A stretch of DNA of 54,120 nucleotides from Minisyncoccota bacterium (GTDB lineage Bacteria > Patescibacteriota > Minisyncoccia > JBAYJV01): assembly GCA_041664925.1 (NCBI GenBank), contig JBAYJV010000001.1, forward strand, positions 1 to 54,120, written 5' to 3'. Positions 24,542 to 33,764 of this stretch are shown here, piece by piece (position 1 is the first letter of the stretch; each line of letters begins with the position of its first letter). The notes under the pieces are model-generated. The model was not told the origin of the DNA. It made no database searches and saw only the letters and a program-made list of their open reading frames with translations. The translations under genes and the position numbers were made by a program.

Positions 24542-27500
24542 TTAGCGACAACCCTGAGTTTCGGTGTGACTTTTACAAGTACATTGATTAACCGATGTAT
24601 TACAATATATAGACCACATATCATCAACGTACGACTCAGTATGTCCGCAATCAGCAATTGAATCGATCCACCCATTGGTATAGTAATCACCGCACTGAGT
24701 CCAAAGACCAGAAGGACATGAATATAATGGTCCATTTGTGCAAGATCCAATATCTTCAAGTTCTTTATCTATAGATCCATCGCAATTATGGTCCCAACTA
24801 CCGTTCTCTTGAGAAGTAAGATAGACAGAACTTGGTACGATACTGCAAGCCCCAAAAATACCACTGCCGTTACAAGTATGAGTAGCGCCATTACAACAAC
24901 CTGTTTGCGTACAGCCAGCAGTTATATTTCCAGAAGTATAAGGATTATTGGTTCCTCCATTCTGGGCAACAGAATAATTGTTTACTGGAACATTAACATT
25001 ACTATCTGCGGTGTAATTATTACTTGAATCACTATCACAAGTTCCCGAACCATCACATTCTGCATAGCGCTTAGCGTAAGTACACTCATTTGCGTTTGCC
25101 CAATAATCATATGAAGCATCGCAGGAATTAGAAGCAGAAGCAGCATCTCCTATTGTCGGAGTAGTCGTCCCACCGCTTACTGTTGCAGTAATCACCTTAG
25201 ATGAAGTGACGTTAATTGTTGAATCTAGGGCATAATAGGTGGTCGAATTTTCATCGCAAACTCCTGAACCATTACATTCTGCATACCTTTTTGTATAAGT
25301 ACAGCCGCCAATAGATCCCAAGTAATCATACGAGCTGTCGCAAGAATTGGAAATAGAAGAAGCATCAATTTCACTACCACCAGAACAGACTTTACTGGCA
25401 GTAACACTCGCAACTTCGTCATTTACAGCGCAAGCATTACTTGATCCACTACAATTACCAGAATCTCTTAATTTTTGGCAAATTCCATCACAAGTCCAAG
25501 AACCTTGAGCGCAGTCATTATGTGGATCCTGCGAAACAACAGAATATGAACAATGCCCAACACCAGCGCTTGAATAAACTCCACAGGTTTGGCAAGTTGT
25601 ACCACCAGAACAGACACTGTCACAACAAACATTATCAACGCAATTATTAGATGAACATTCTGATCCTAACGTACAAGATGCACCAAGTCCAGATACCACA
25701 ACTGGAACAAAAGTATTAATCCCTGTACAATCGCCACCAGCTCCAGTTGATGGTCCTTTAAATATCCAATAAACATCGTCAGTAGTAGTAGTTGTTGTCC
25801 TTTGTGCTAAATCAATATTTATTGTTGCTGTATTTTCCAAGAGCGCTGTTCCATCTAACCAGCTAAAGCCAGAAATAATTGAATAGTGTTGCTGACTAAC
25901 ATCAATTATTCCCGATGAGCAATTCATATCGATTCCAGAAATATATGTATCAATCCCAGTATTGCCCGTATTGACAAGAGTTGACGTTGCTTGATTTGAT
26001 GTTTCATCGAGACCAACTATTCCATAAGTTATATTGCCTGAGGAAATATCAAGAGCTGACAAAGAATTGACTTCAATCGTGCTTGTAGCAGAGCTAGAAG
26101 CCGTAGTTGAATCTTGAGCAGTTATCTTCGCAACCCAGTTTTCTGCCAAATACGTTCCCATATCTGTTGGATCAGTGTAATACCATAAATCAGTCAAACA
26201 TGTATATGTCGCATCAGTATCTGATCCCCCGACAGCACACGATCCTCCATTTTGGGTACAGTTTGATGAATAACAATCATTTTCATCATCTGAACAGGCA
26301 TCATCTTTGCCCGAGCGATAAAATTTAAGAGTAGTCGTTCCTATATCGCCACAGCCGTTTGAATCTGAAACTGTCGCTGTCACCGTTACGGTTGTCGTTG
26401 AATTCTCTATCAAATTAACAGTTGATGATCCTGAATTAATCAAAACTGTCGAAACTGTTGGCGCAACATTGGAAATCGTAAAAGTTGATGAAGCACCATT
26501 GGTTGATGCGCCTAAATTATGATTATCAAAAACATATGAAAAATAATTATTAGATCCTGCTGCCAAAGGTGCGCTAGTTGTTGCTGATGGATTTGAGGCA
26601 ACTAAAGTTGTTGTTGCCCATGTACCGCCAGCACCGCAACCAGAAGAAGTCGCATCGCCCAATTTACAAACAAAAAGCTTAACCGTATCCGTTGCGACTA
26701 ATACATCTGAATCTGAAGTTGTTGCCGTTGCAAAAGTAACTGTTGCTCCCGGACTAACTGGGTCAGGATCGTCTGAAATACTGATAAATGTTGGTCGATG
26801 ATTAACATTAAAAGGTGAACCATTGTCGCCTATGCCCTGAGAAGAAGTCGAACAAAAAGGTAAGGAGGCATTGTTGTCGCAAGAAAATGCCCACCAGTTG
26901 TTTGTTTCAGTGTCGCTTGTGGTAGCTGTATAAGTGCAAGTGCTGCCAACTGTTGAAGATGCCCAATCTGAAGAAACACACCAAAGTGACTCCCCGGCAC
27001 AAGTTGGCACAGAAGTTGAAGCGGTCGGATTTGATGAAGTCGAGCAGACTAAAAGTTTCCACGCATCACTTTCTCCATCAGTTGATGTTGCAGAGAAAGT
27101 AATATTTGAATCAACGTTGGTTGGCGCTGTGCTTGTCGAACCCCCATCAGAAGGACCTTCTGTAAAAGATGGAGGATTTTGATTCTCCTCGCTACTAAAA
27201 CTTCCCCACGTTGGTTCTACTGGCAACCAATTTCTTAGGAATAACCACTTAAAGGAAACAATATCATAGGTCGCTCCACTTTTATAAACAGTAATATACG
27301 GAGCACCAGCACCAACTGGTTGGTTGGTTATATGGGTTACATCTAAAACACCATTTCTATAAAAATCTGTTTGCCCTGATTGTCTATTCATTACCCATCT
27401 TGTTTCTGTCCCAGCAGAAAAAGCCCCCTTACTTGTTTCGGTATATAAACTGTTATACCAACTATGAATGAGCAAACTTCCAGAAACTGGTTCCCATTCT

Positions 27501-29416
27501 GTTCTTCCGTTAGTGGTTGTATCGGTTCCCCATAAAATATATGTTACATATTCATGTCTTGTAATTGTTCCCAGTGCTTCCATTGCACCATATAGCATCG
27601 GAGTTTTGCCCACAATATAAGTAGGTGAAGTTACGGCAGATGTAAGCGTAACTGCACTTCCACTATTAGTTGCCCCCCCTGAAACAGTCCATTTATCACT
27701 TAATGTCCCGTCAAAATCATCAAAGAAAGGAAATGTATTGGGACCATTACTTGCACTACTAGCCCCAGCATTTCCGTAATACATATAAAAAGTAGTAGTT
27801 GTTGTACCAATGGAATTAAACTCTACCCAGAAAAGGGCATTATCAGAATCTGTTTTTGATTCTAACCAATAATCTAACTCTGTATTTCCTGTGTCATCTG
27901 TAAATCTAATATCATCAAAATCAGTAGCACAATGAGAATCTGTGTAAACTCTATACTGATAGTAAATTGTAATTCTTACAAAATCTATATAAGCATCAGA
28001 GTCTGTTCCATGTGCCTGTGCTACTATGTGAACTCCGAAATTAGGATTATTTACTTCTTCGGGAGTCCATGTTGTTCCCCAATGATCAGAGCTTCCCCCG
28101 TATGTAGCTATTGCATCTGAATCTCCCCAATGAGTAGATGTGTCTGCTTTATTATCTCCAACTCTAGTTGTGTTATCCTTGGTGAGTTGAACAACAGCAT
28201 CTATAACATCTCCATTAGCATGTTTCTTGTCTATTTCAACCTTTATACCTTTAATAACACAACCAACTGGGACGGCATTACCAAGGTTAGTAGTTTTTAA
28301 CACATAGGAATAATCGTTAGTATCAAAGGAGCTAATGGTAATTGAAGCATAGGTTGCATTATCAGAATAGATATTTGTAGGATTTGTCCAAGTATCATCA
28401 TCATAAGGTGCTTCTGAGACAGTTGCTCCTAAACCTGCAAATTTGACTGAGGTTATATCAACAGCCGAACCATAGCCAATAGTTACTGGTGACTGATAAT
28501 TAGCAACAACTCCAGAAGCACGACTAAGGGTGAAAGATTTACGATATGCCCAAGATGAATTGTACCAACTGGGATCCAGCTCGAATGACCCGTGGGCAAA
28601 AATAAGAACAGTTACTTTAGTTTTTATTACTGATACACCATTATTGTCTTTATAAACAGAAACTTCTGTATTGAGATTATAAATATCTGACCAATTATAC
28701 TCAGAGAAACTATACGACTCATTAATAGAACCAAATTTAATAGAAGAACAATTTATATTATCTTTACTAAAAATTAAGGGGTTATTAGTTATGATGTATT
28801 TATTTCCATCGCAGGATATCTCGTCAGCTTGAATAGCAGCAGCTTGAATATAAACCATTTCTCTATCTTCATTGCTTTTATTATATAAAGTAGTTTTTTG
28901 TTTTACTCCCCCGTCATCTTTTTTTTGATAAAAACTTACGATTTTTAAAGCAGAAAGATCTATTGTGTTCTCTATACTATGAGTTCTGTTGATTTTCTTG
29001 ACTACTTTTAAATCTTCAAAACTATGATTTTTTTTAGCTAAGGATTCTTCAATTTCCTTCTGAGTGGGTAATTTCAATTCTGGACCTAAAAGAAAAGAAA
29101 AAAAACCCTTTCTCTGATTTTTTTCTGTGAGAGCGGTAGTTATTTCGACCTCATTTAGAATCGGCTTGTTTGATCGTATCTCTAAATTAACATTTTTAAA
29201 AGCGCCTGATAAAAACGGATACTCCATTAAAAATTCATTTTCCGAAATATCTGAAATTGAATATTCTTCTGTTACTGTTACTATCTTTGCTTTTGGATTC
29301 TCGATAGACCAATTCGGACTCTTTATAGACTCCTGAGCGCTTGCAATTAAACTAAGTCCAATAATAATAGCGACAAGAGAGAAAGCTGTAATAAATTTGT
29401 GAAAAGATGATTGCAT
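24542..29416 (-). CDS. giant secreted surface protein (DUF2341 / LamG-like, Cys-rich C-terminal repeats)
   Basis: 1,624 aa with a signal peptide. 'WAYRKSFTL' and 'DDIRFTDDTGNTELDYWLE..ALFWVEF..FYMYYGN' match the DUF2341 pattern. Long T/S-rich regions. Two tandem ~70-aa Cys repeats ('SNSCD.SYDY...C.Y.KRYAEC.GSG.CD'). Confidence 0.8.
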   Translation of the reverse strand: MQSSFHKFITAFSLVAIIIGLSLIASAQESIKSPNWSIENPKAKIVTVTEEYSISDISENEFLMEYPFLSGAFKNVNLEIRSNKPILNEVEITTALTEKNQRKGFFSFLLGPELKLPTQKEIEESLAKKNHSFEDLKVVKKINRTHSIENTIDLSALKIVSFYQKKDDGGVKQKTTLYNKSNEDREMVYIQAAAIQADEISCDGNKYIITNNPLIFSKDNINCSSIKFGSINESYSFSEYNWSDIYNLNTEVSVYKDNNGVSVIKTKVTVLIFAHGSFELDPSWYNSSWAYRKSFTLSRASGVVANYQSPVTIGYGSAVDITSVKFAGLGATVSEAPYDDDTWTNPTNIYSDNATYASITISSFDTNDYSYVLKTTNLGNAVPVGCVIKGIKVEIDKKHANGDVIDAVVQLTKDNTTRVGDNKADTSTHWGDSDAIATYGGSSDHWGTTWTPEEVNNPNFGVHIVAQAHGTDSDAYIDFVRITIYYQYRVYTDSHCATDFDDIRFTDDTGNTELDYWLESKTDSDNALFWVEFNSIGTTTTTFYMYYGNAGASSASNGPNTFPFFDDFDGTLSDKWTVSGGATNSGSAVTLTSAVTSPTYIVGKTPMLYGAMEALGTITRHEYVTYILWGTDTTTNGRTEWEPVSGSLLIHSWYNSLYTETSKGAFSAGTETRWVMNRQSGQTDFYRNGVLDVTHITNQPVGAGAPYITVYKSGATYDIVSFKWLFLRNWLPVEPTWGSFSSEENQNPPSFTEGPSDGGSTSTAPTNVDSNITFSATSTDGESDAWKLLVCSTSSNPTASTSVPTCAGESLWCVSSDWASSTVGSTCTYTATTSDTETNNWWAFSCDNNASLPFCSTSSQGIGDNGSPFNVNHRPTFISISDDPDPVSPGATVTFATATTSDSDVLVATDTVKLFVCKLGDATSSGCGAGGTWATTTLVASNPSATTSAPLAAGSNNYFSYVFDNHNLGASTNGASSTFTISNVAPTVSTVLINSGSSTVNLIENSTTTVTVTATVSDSNGCGDIGTTTLKFYRSGKDDACSDDENDCYSSNCTQNGGSCAVGGSDTDATYTCLTDLWYYTDPTDMGTYLAENWVAKITAQDSTTASSSATSTIEVNSLSALDISSGNITYGIVGLDETSNQATSTLVNTGNTGIDTYISGIDMNCSSGIIDVSQQHYSIISGFSWLDGTALLENTATINIDLAQRTTTTTTDDVYWIFKGPSTGAGGDCTGINTFVPVVVSGLGASCTLGSECSSNNCVDNVCCDSVCSGGTTCQTCGVYSSAGVGHCSYSVVSQDPHNDCAQGSWTCDGICQKLRDSGNCSGSSNACAVNDEVASVTASKVCSGGSEIDASSISNSCDSSYDYLGSIGGCTYTKRYAECNGSGVCDENSTTYYALDSTINVTSSKVITATVSGGTTTPTIGDAASASNSCDASYDYWANANECTYAKRYAECDGSGTCDSDSSNNYTADSNVNVPVNNYSVAQNGGTNNPYTSGNITAGCTQTGCCNGATHTCNGSGIFGACSIVPSSVYLTSQENGSWDHNCDGSIDKELEDIGSCTNGPLYSCPSGLWTQCGDYYTNGWIDSIADCGHTESYVDDMWSIYCNTSVNQCTCKSHTETQGCR

Positions 29417-29534
29417 AATTCAACAATCAGTAGCTGATTACTATTTACTATTTTATAGTAACCAAAAAATACAGAAAATTTCTTTCTAGTTTCAGATTAA
29501 CATAAAAAAAATCCCCTTTGAAGTGGATAAAAAT

Positions 29535-29557
29535 TTACGGAGGACGGACCTCCGTAA
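29535..29557. repeat. REP hairpin TTACGGAGG-ACGGA-CCTCCGTAA (copy 1)
   Basis: Lies 3 nt 3' of the RAYT stop codon. Confidence 0.85.
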
Positions 29558-29560
29558 AAG

Positions 29561-30268
29561 TTATTCTAATTCCGTATCTATAAATCCTTTTGTTTTTTTA
29601 GCCCTAATCCAATTGCTAATCATCTCTTTACACATCTCAATTCCATCAATCAATTCAAGTAGAAAATCTCTTTTCGTTACTGATGGAAAGTTTTTCTTGC
29701 CAATATAATCCAAATAGCTTGACCACTTGTATTTCTCAAGAAATTCGATAGATTTCCCTATGTTAATTATCTCTCCTGTTTTCCATTTATCATTAATCAA
29801 AGAAAGAGGATTTGTGTGAATGTATGTAAAAATAACTTTCAGCTGTGTATCATCTTTGATGTGAAGTGCTTGAAACCTTCCTTGAAAAAGATAACCGTTT
29901 CTCTTGTTTTTTCTATTGAAATAACCCGCATAGCCAGTTCCAAGTTTCCTCATAAATTTAGAAATTCCATCATTTTTGATTTGTTTTAAGAGCAAGTGAA
30001 TATGATTTGGCATAAAACAAAATGCCAAAACTTCAACTAATAAAAACTCATCTCGATTTACGGAGGACGGACCTCCGTAAGCTTTAATAATCTTTCGTTG
30101 TTCTCTTTGTTGCCTAATTTCTATTGGTTTAGTTGTATTGAATTCATAAAGCGAAAAAATGGCACGAAAATAATCAGACTCATCTTTAAAAATTAAAGAA
30201 TCTCCGACACCTCTAATGATTACATGATAAATTTCATTGTTAGATAATATTAATTTTTTAGCAGGCAT
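29561..30268 (-). CDS. REP-associated tyrosine transposase (IS200/IS605 Y1 HUH family)
   Basis: 235 aa with HUH motif 'MPNHIHLLL', 'YIHTNP' and 'WSSYLDY' (catalytic Tyr region). Confidence 0.8.
   Translation of the reverse strand: MPAKKLILSNNEIYHVIIRGVGDSLIFKDESDYFRAIFSLYEFNTTKPIEIRQQREQRKIIKAYGGPSSVNRDEFLLVEVLAFCFMPNHIHLLLKQIKNDGISKFMRKLGTGYAGYFNRKNKRNGYLFQGRFQALHIKDDTQLKVIFTYIHTNPLSLINDKWKTGEIINIGKSIEFLEKYKWSSYLDYIGKKNFPSVTKRDFLLELIDGIEMCKEMISNWIRAKKTKGFIDTELE
30058..30080. repeat. REP hairpin (copy 2) inside the RAYT coding sequence
   Basis: Identical 23-mer, in frame, encoding 'AYGGPSSVN'. Confidence 0.85.
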
Positions 30269-30287
30269 GTTTTGTTAGTTTATGAAT

Positions 30288-30310
30288 TTACGGAGGTCCG
30301 TCCTCCGTAA
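30288..30310. repeat. REP hairpin (copy 3, inverted loop)
   Basis: TTACGGAGG-TCCGT-CCTCCGTAA, 20 nt 5' of the RAYT start. Confidence 0.85.
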
Positions 30311-30332
30311 GATTTATTTTATCAAAATTATG

Positions 30333-30364
30333 CATAAAACAAAACCCGCCCTAAAGAGCGGGTT
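30333..30364 (-). terminator. rho-independent terminator
   Basis: Minus strand AACCCGC-8 nt-GCGGGTT + TTTGTTTTATG, 3' of the pilin gene. Confidence 0.7.
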
Positions 30365-30406
30365 TCTTTCCCTGATATTTTAAAATTGCTTGGCCAAGCG
30401 TTCTAG

Positions 30407-30862
30407 TTAGCGAGTAACTGAAAGAGTTTGCTCTAATTCAGCTGACGGAGCAGAAATAGTTACGCGATTTTCTGCTGTCAAGAGAATTGTGTATCCTGAA
30501 GCATAATTAGTGCAATCAGTATACGATCCTGTTGATGGATCAAAAGGCATTTCAGCAACATAGGTTGGAACAATACATGAACAGATATCGTAGGTACTTG
30601 TACCTGTGCTAGCCATTGGAGTTGCTGTTGATGGAATTGTGCCAGCTGCGCAAGTAAAACTGCCATTTTCTGCTATATTTTGCGTAACAGCGTTCAAGAT
30701 AGTATTGACATTGGCGCTTCGTGTTGCATTTCTCGCTTGAGCTAATTGTCTGGCAGGATTAACAGCAACAATAACAATCGCCGCTAAAATGGCAATGATA
30801 CCGATAACGATAAGAAGTTCAATGAGCGTAAAGCCCCTCATTTGGCTATCTCCTTTTCTCAT
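30407..30862 (-). CDS. type IV (major-type) pilin
   Basis: 151 aa with the prepilin signature 'G|FTLIELLIVIGIIAILAAIV'. AAGGAG lies 8 nt before the second ATG (30841), so the leader may be only 'MRG'. It has its own terminator. Confidence 0.85.
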   Translation of the reverse strand: MRKGDSQMRGFTLIELLIVIGIIAILAAIVIVAVNPARQLAQARNATRSANVNTILNAVTQNIAENGSFTCAAGTIPSTATPMASTGTSTYDICSCIVPTYVAEMPFDPSTGSYTDCTNYASGYTILLTAENRVTISAPSAELEQTLSVTR

Positions 30863-31011
30863 ATTAATTTACAGGGTTGGGTACGGAAAACTTTAAGACG
30901 ATATAATTAAACTTATTAATATATATCAGGGAGTGTCTTAAGATTATCCTTATCCTCCTGAAACAAAACTAATAAAAACTAAAACAAATTAAAGACTATA
31001 AGCTAGCTATA

Positions 31012-32136
31012 CTAGCCATTAAAATCAGATAAATTAATACCTGCGTCCTGAGGATTTGTTTCTAATCCTCTTAAGGCAAGTCCAATGACGGTTGCAAACA
31101 AAATCGGTGCCTCCTTGTTGAATATTTTATCACTTTCAGGATTAATAGCAATTCCGACTTTTCCCCAGGGGTTAACTTTCCTCACTATCTTTCCAACTTT
31201 TTCCGATAAACATTTGTCAATATCGGCTATTAAGCTCGAGCCACCGCAAATAATAATTTCATCAATAGTTTTTCCTGAATTTTTTTCATAATAATCAATC
31301 TGAGATTTTACATCTCCTATTACTGGTGGACAAAAAGATTGAAGAATATCTCTAACTTCGTTTTCTTTCGCTTCATTATTAAGCCCCATAGATATTTTAA
31401 GCCTGTCGGCTTCTTCAAAACTGAGTTTAAGATTTTGAGCGACAATTTTAGTGATTTTATTTCCTCCAAAGTCAACAATCGCGTTAGAGACAACTTCCCC
31501 CTGATAAGCAATGCTTAATTTTGTAGTTCTCGATCCTATGTCGAAAATCATAATACTTTTTGTCTTCTCTTTTTCTTCAATTAATGCCCGCGCCAAACTC
31601 GCAGATTCAAACTCAAAAACCAATGGTTCTATTCCGGCAAATTCAAGCATTTTTTTATAACTATCTATTGTCCCTTTTGGTGACGCAACATAAAGATATT
31701 CTTTTTCGTTCGTTTTTTTATCATAACCGATTTCTCTGAAATCGAAATAAAGAGTCTCTTGTTCAAGCGGTATTGATTGCGAAGCAAGATCGCGAATCGC
31801 CTTTTCTAATTCTTTACCAATAACACCGGCGCTAATTTTATAAATATCAATAAAGGTTCGCGAATCAGGTATCGCCAAAAGAATCTTTTTACTCTGGATT
31901 GGTTGCGGAACTGTTTCTTGGAGTGTCTGAGAAATAATTTCAGCAAGTTTCTCGGGTTGTAAAATATTGCCATTTTCGACAATTCCATCTTCAATTGTTC
32001 CATAGCCAAGCCCTTCAATCTCTAAAGATTTATCCTTTCTTCTTTTGAGCGACAAAACTTTAATTGACCTATCAGAAATATCAAGTCCTACGCTTGAGTT
32101 TTGCTTATTAAAAAATTTTAGAAAATCAAATTTCAT
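31012..32136 (-). CDS. pilM: type IV pilus assembly protein PilM (actin-like ATPase fold)
   Basis: 374 aa with 'VGLDISDRSIKVL', 'IFDIGSRTT' and 'ICGGSS'. Confidence 0.75.
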   Translation of the reverse strand: MKFDFLKFFNKQNSSVGLDISDRSIKVLSLKRRKDKSLEIEGLGYGTIEDGIVENGNILQPEKLAEIISQTLQETVPQPIQSKKILLAIPDSRTFIDIYKISAGVIGKELEKAIRDLASQSIPLEQETLYFDFREIGYDKKTNEKEYLYVASPKGTIDSYKKMLEFAGIEPLVFEFESASLARALIEEKEKTKSIMIFDIGSRTTKLSIAYQGEVVSNAIVDFGGNKITKIVAQNLKLSFEEADRLKISMGLNNEAKENEVRDILQSFCPPVIGDVKSQIDYYEKNSGKTIDEIIICGGSSLIADIDKCLSEKVGKIVRKVNPWGKVGIAINPESDKIFNKEAPILFATVIGLALRGLETNPQDAGINLSDFNG

Positions 32137-32180
32137 CTTGTCCTAATTATACAACAAAAACCCAATAATTAAAGATAACT

Positions 32181-32588
32181 TCAAAAGTCTGCTACTTCTT
32201 TCCAGCTTTCTATTATGATTTGAGGCGTTGTCGTAGATATAATGACCACGCTGCGACGCGTATGGTCCGCCACGGATCCATAAACTTTGATTGTTTTTTT
32301 GCCATCGCTGCCCGTTTCAACTGGTAAAATTCCACAAATCCCTTGATCAAAATTCAATATTTCATTTCCTGAATAACTAACGCTTTCCCAAAGTTTTTCT
32401 AGAGCATCTTCAGCGCAAGCATTCGCTAGAAAATAACTTTTCTCTGAATTCTTTAATTGTATAGAAATCTTACTTCCCGTCCCCACTCCCATGCTTATCG
32501 TTATGAGTGCAACAACAATGGCCGCTCCTAACAAGATAACACCAACTAACGCTATGTATCCTTTTTGGTTATATGAGAAATTTTTCAT
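32181..32588 (-). CDS. PilX-like minor pilin
   Basis: 135 aa with 'QKGYIALVGVILLGAAIVV' followed by 'ANACAEDALE' (PilX_N-like pattern). Confidence 0.5.
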   Translation of the reverse strand: MKNFSYNQKGYIALVGVILLGAAIVVALITISMGVGTGSKISIQLKNSEKSYFLANACAEDALEKLWESVSYSGNEILNFDQGICGILPVETGSDGKKTIKVYGSVADHTRRSVVIISTTTPQIIIESWKEVADF

Positions 32589-33076
32589 CTTAAAGATACT
32601 GTTGGACTAAAAGAAGTTTCAATATCATTTCTTAGGGAAAAAAGGGTCAAGTTAATCCTAATCCCAATTCCAATGCTATTATTGACAATTTTTTCAAATT
32701 GAAGAGAAGAAACGCCAACGTTTCCACTATTGAGCTTAATCCCCGAACCAATGCCTTGAGCAATATAAAAAGACTCGCCAGTAGCATAAAATCTTGTTGG
32801 ATTAACGATCGTTTCCTTCATTTGTAACGAAAGCTCTTGAGAAACCGTCTGCGGTAAAATAATACCCTGAGCATCTCTGACTGATTGGGTCATTTTATTG
32901 ATAATAATATTGGCATTCTCAAGGATTTCCTCTTGCGCTAAGATTTTTTGTTTGCTTGAAAAAAAATCAAAACCAAGTCTAGTAATGACTAATAAAAGAA
33001 TACTGCTCATGGCAATGTAAACTATTGCTTCAATAAGAGTAAAGCCACCATTTTTTTTAGAAAGATTAAATAGCAT
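32585..33076 (-). CDS. prepilin-type minor pilin
   Basis: 163 aa with 'GGFTLIEAIVYIAMSSILLL'. It has a 4-nt overlap with the downstream gene. Confidence 0.75.
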   Translation of the reverse strand: MLFNLSKKNGGFTLIEAIVYIAMSSILLLVITRLGFDFFSSKQKILAQEEILENANIIINKMTQSVRDAQGIILPQTVSQELSLQMKETIVNPTRFYATGESFYIAQGIGSGIKLNSGNVGVSSLQFEKIVNNSIGIGIRINLTLFSLRNDIETSFSPTVSLR

Positions 33077-33086
33077 CTCCTATTGG

Positions 33087-33692
33087 TTAGTTAATAATTA
33101 AAGTTCCCTCGTCTAGTTTATTTTTTGTTTCATAATCTTCGCAGTAATATTTCAAACTTGCTTTCTTGCTAGGCGCCCTAAATGAAATCCCCATGCTTTG
33201 ATTGGCTTGAATAGTTTCGGCTACGCCTATGCCTTCTATATAAAAAGAATAACTCTTGTCTTGACTTGAAACAGAAAGTATAACCGGATCGTTGATTTTC
33301 ACATTAATTTGAGTCGGCGTAATTTCTCCGCCCTGAATGCTAATTTTTATAATTTCATCTTCGCTTGGTGGCAATGCTGGCTCGTCAGGTGCTTTAATGG
33401 CTGCTCCCATAATCGGTTCTCCTCCGCCGTAAAGAGACTGGTCTTGTTCTGGTGGCACAAGATTATTGGTTTTTTCTTCATTATTTACTTCTCCTTGAAG
33501 ATTCGGTTCGGAAAATTGAGCAACAATTTCCCCTGGAACTTTTCCTTTTTTATAATCTGGAATAGCCACTTCTGTTTTTGACTTATCTTCTTTTGAAGTT
33601 TTTTGAGAAAAAAGAAAACATCCCAACGAAATTCCACCGACAATAACTAAACCAACCACAATCCACATGACTTTGTATATATTAATTTTCAT
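33087..33692 (-). CDS. membrane-anchored protein with cupredoxin-like C-terminal beta domain (no Cu ligands seen)
   Basis: 201 aa with an N-terminal TM, a Pro/Glu linker, and 'ITPTQINVKINDPVILSVSSQD..YYCE'. Confidence 0.4.
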   Translation of the reverse strand: MKINIYKVMWIVVGLVIVGGISLGCFLFSQKTSKEDKSKTEVAIPDYKKGKVPGEIVAQFSEPNLQGEVNNEEKTNNLVPPEQDQSLYGGGEPIMGAAIKAPDEPALPPSEDEIIKISIQGGEITPTQINVKINDPVILSVSSQDKSYSFYIEGIGVAETIQANQSMGISFRAPSKKASLKYYCEDYETKNKLDEGTLIIN

Positions 33693-33706
33693 ATTTGAAT
33701 TATTTT

Positions 33707-33726
33707 CCTTCCTGCCGACAGGTAGG
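33707..33726. repeat. degenerate copy (17/20) of the 20-nt palindrome
   Basis: CCTTCCTGCCGACAGGTAGG, adjacent to the heptad array at 33728. Confidence 0.5.
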
Positions 33727-33727
33727 T

Positions 33728-33760
33728 CGTTTTACGTTTTACGTTTTACATTTTACGTTT
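33728..33760. repeat. 7-nt periodic array
   Basis: cgtttta|cgtttta|cgtttta|catttta|cgttt abuts the stop of the LVIVD pilin gene. Confidence 0.65.
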
Positions 33761-33764
33761 CCTC

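Larger units (their letters stand above)
29535..30310 (-). mobile_element. RAYT gene bracketed by inverted REP hairpins (REPtron-like unit)
   Basis: REP copies 1 and 3 flank the gene in opposite orientation (loop ACGGA versus TCCGT). The unit sits between the pilin gene and the giant adhesin gene. Confidence 0.7.

Noticed and set aside
23939-29336. Numerous 60-90-aa ORFs on both strands inside the Thr/Ser-rich surface-protein genes (e.g. 23939..24190, 24478..24759, 25225..25422, 26934..27182)
   Set aside because: They are shadow ORFs fully contained in long, coherent, signal-peptide-bearing ORFs. Low-complexity codon repeats keep alternative frames open.
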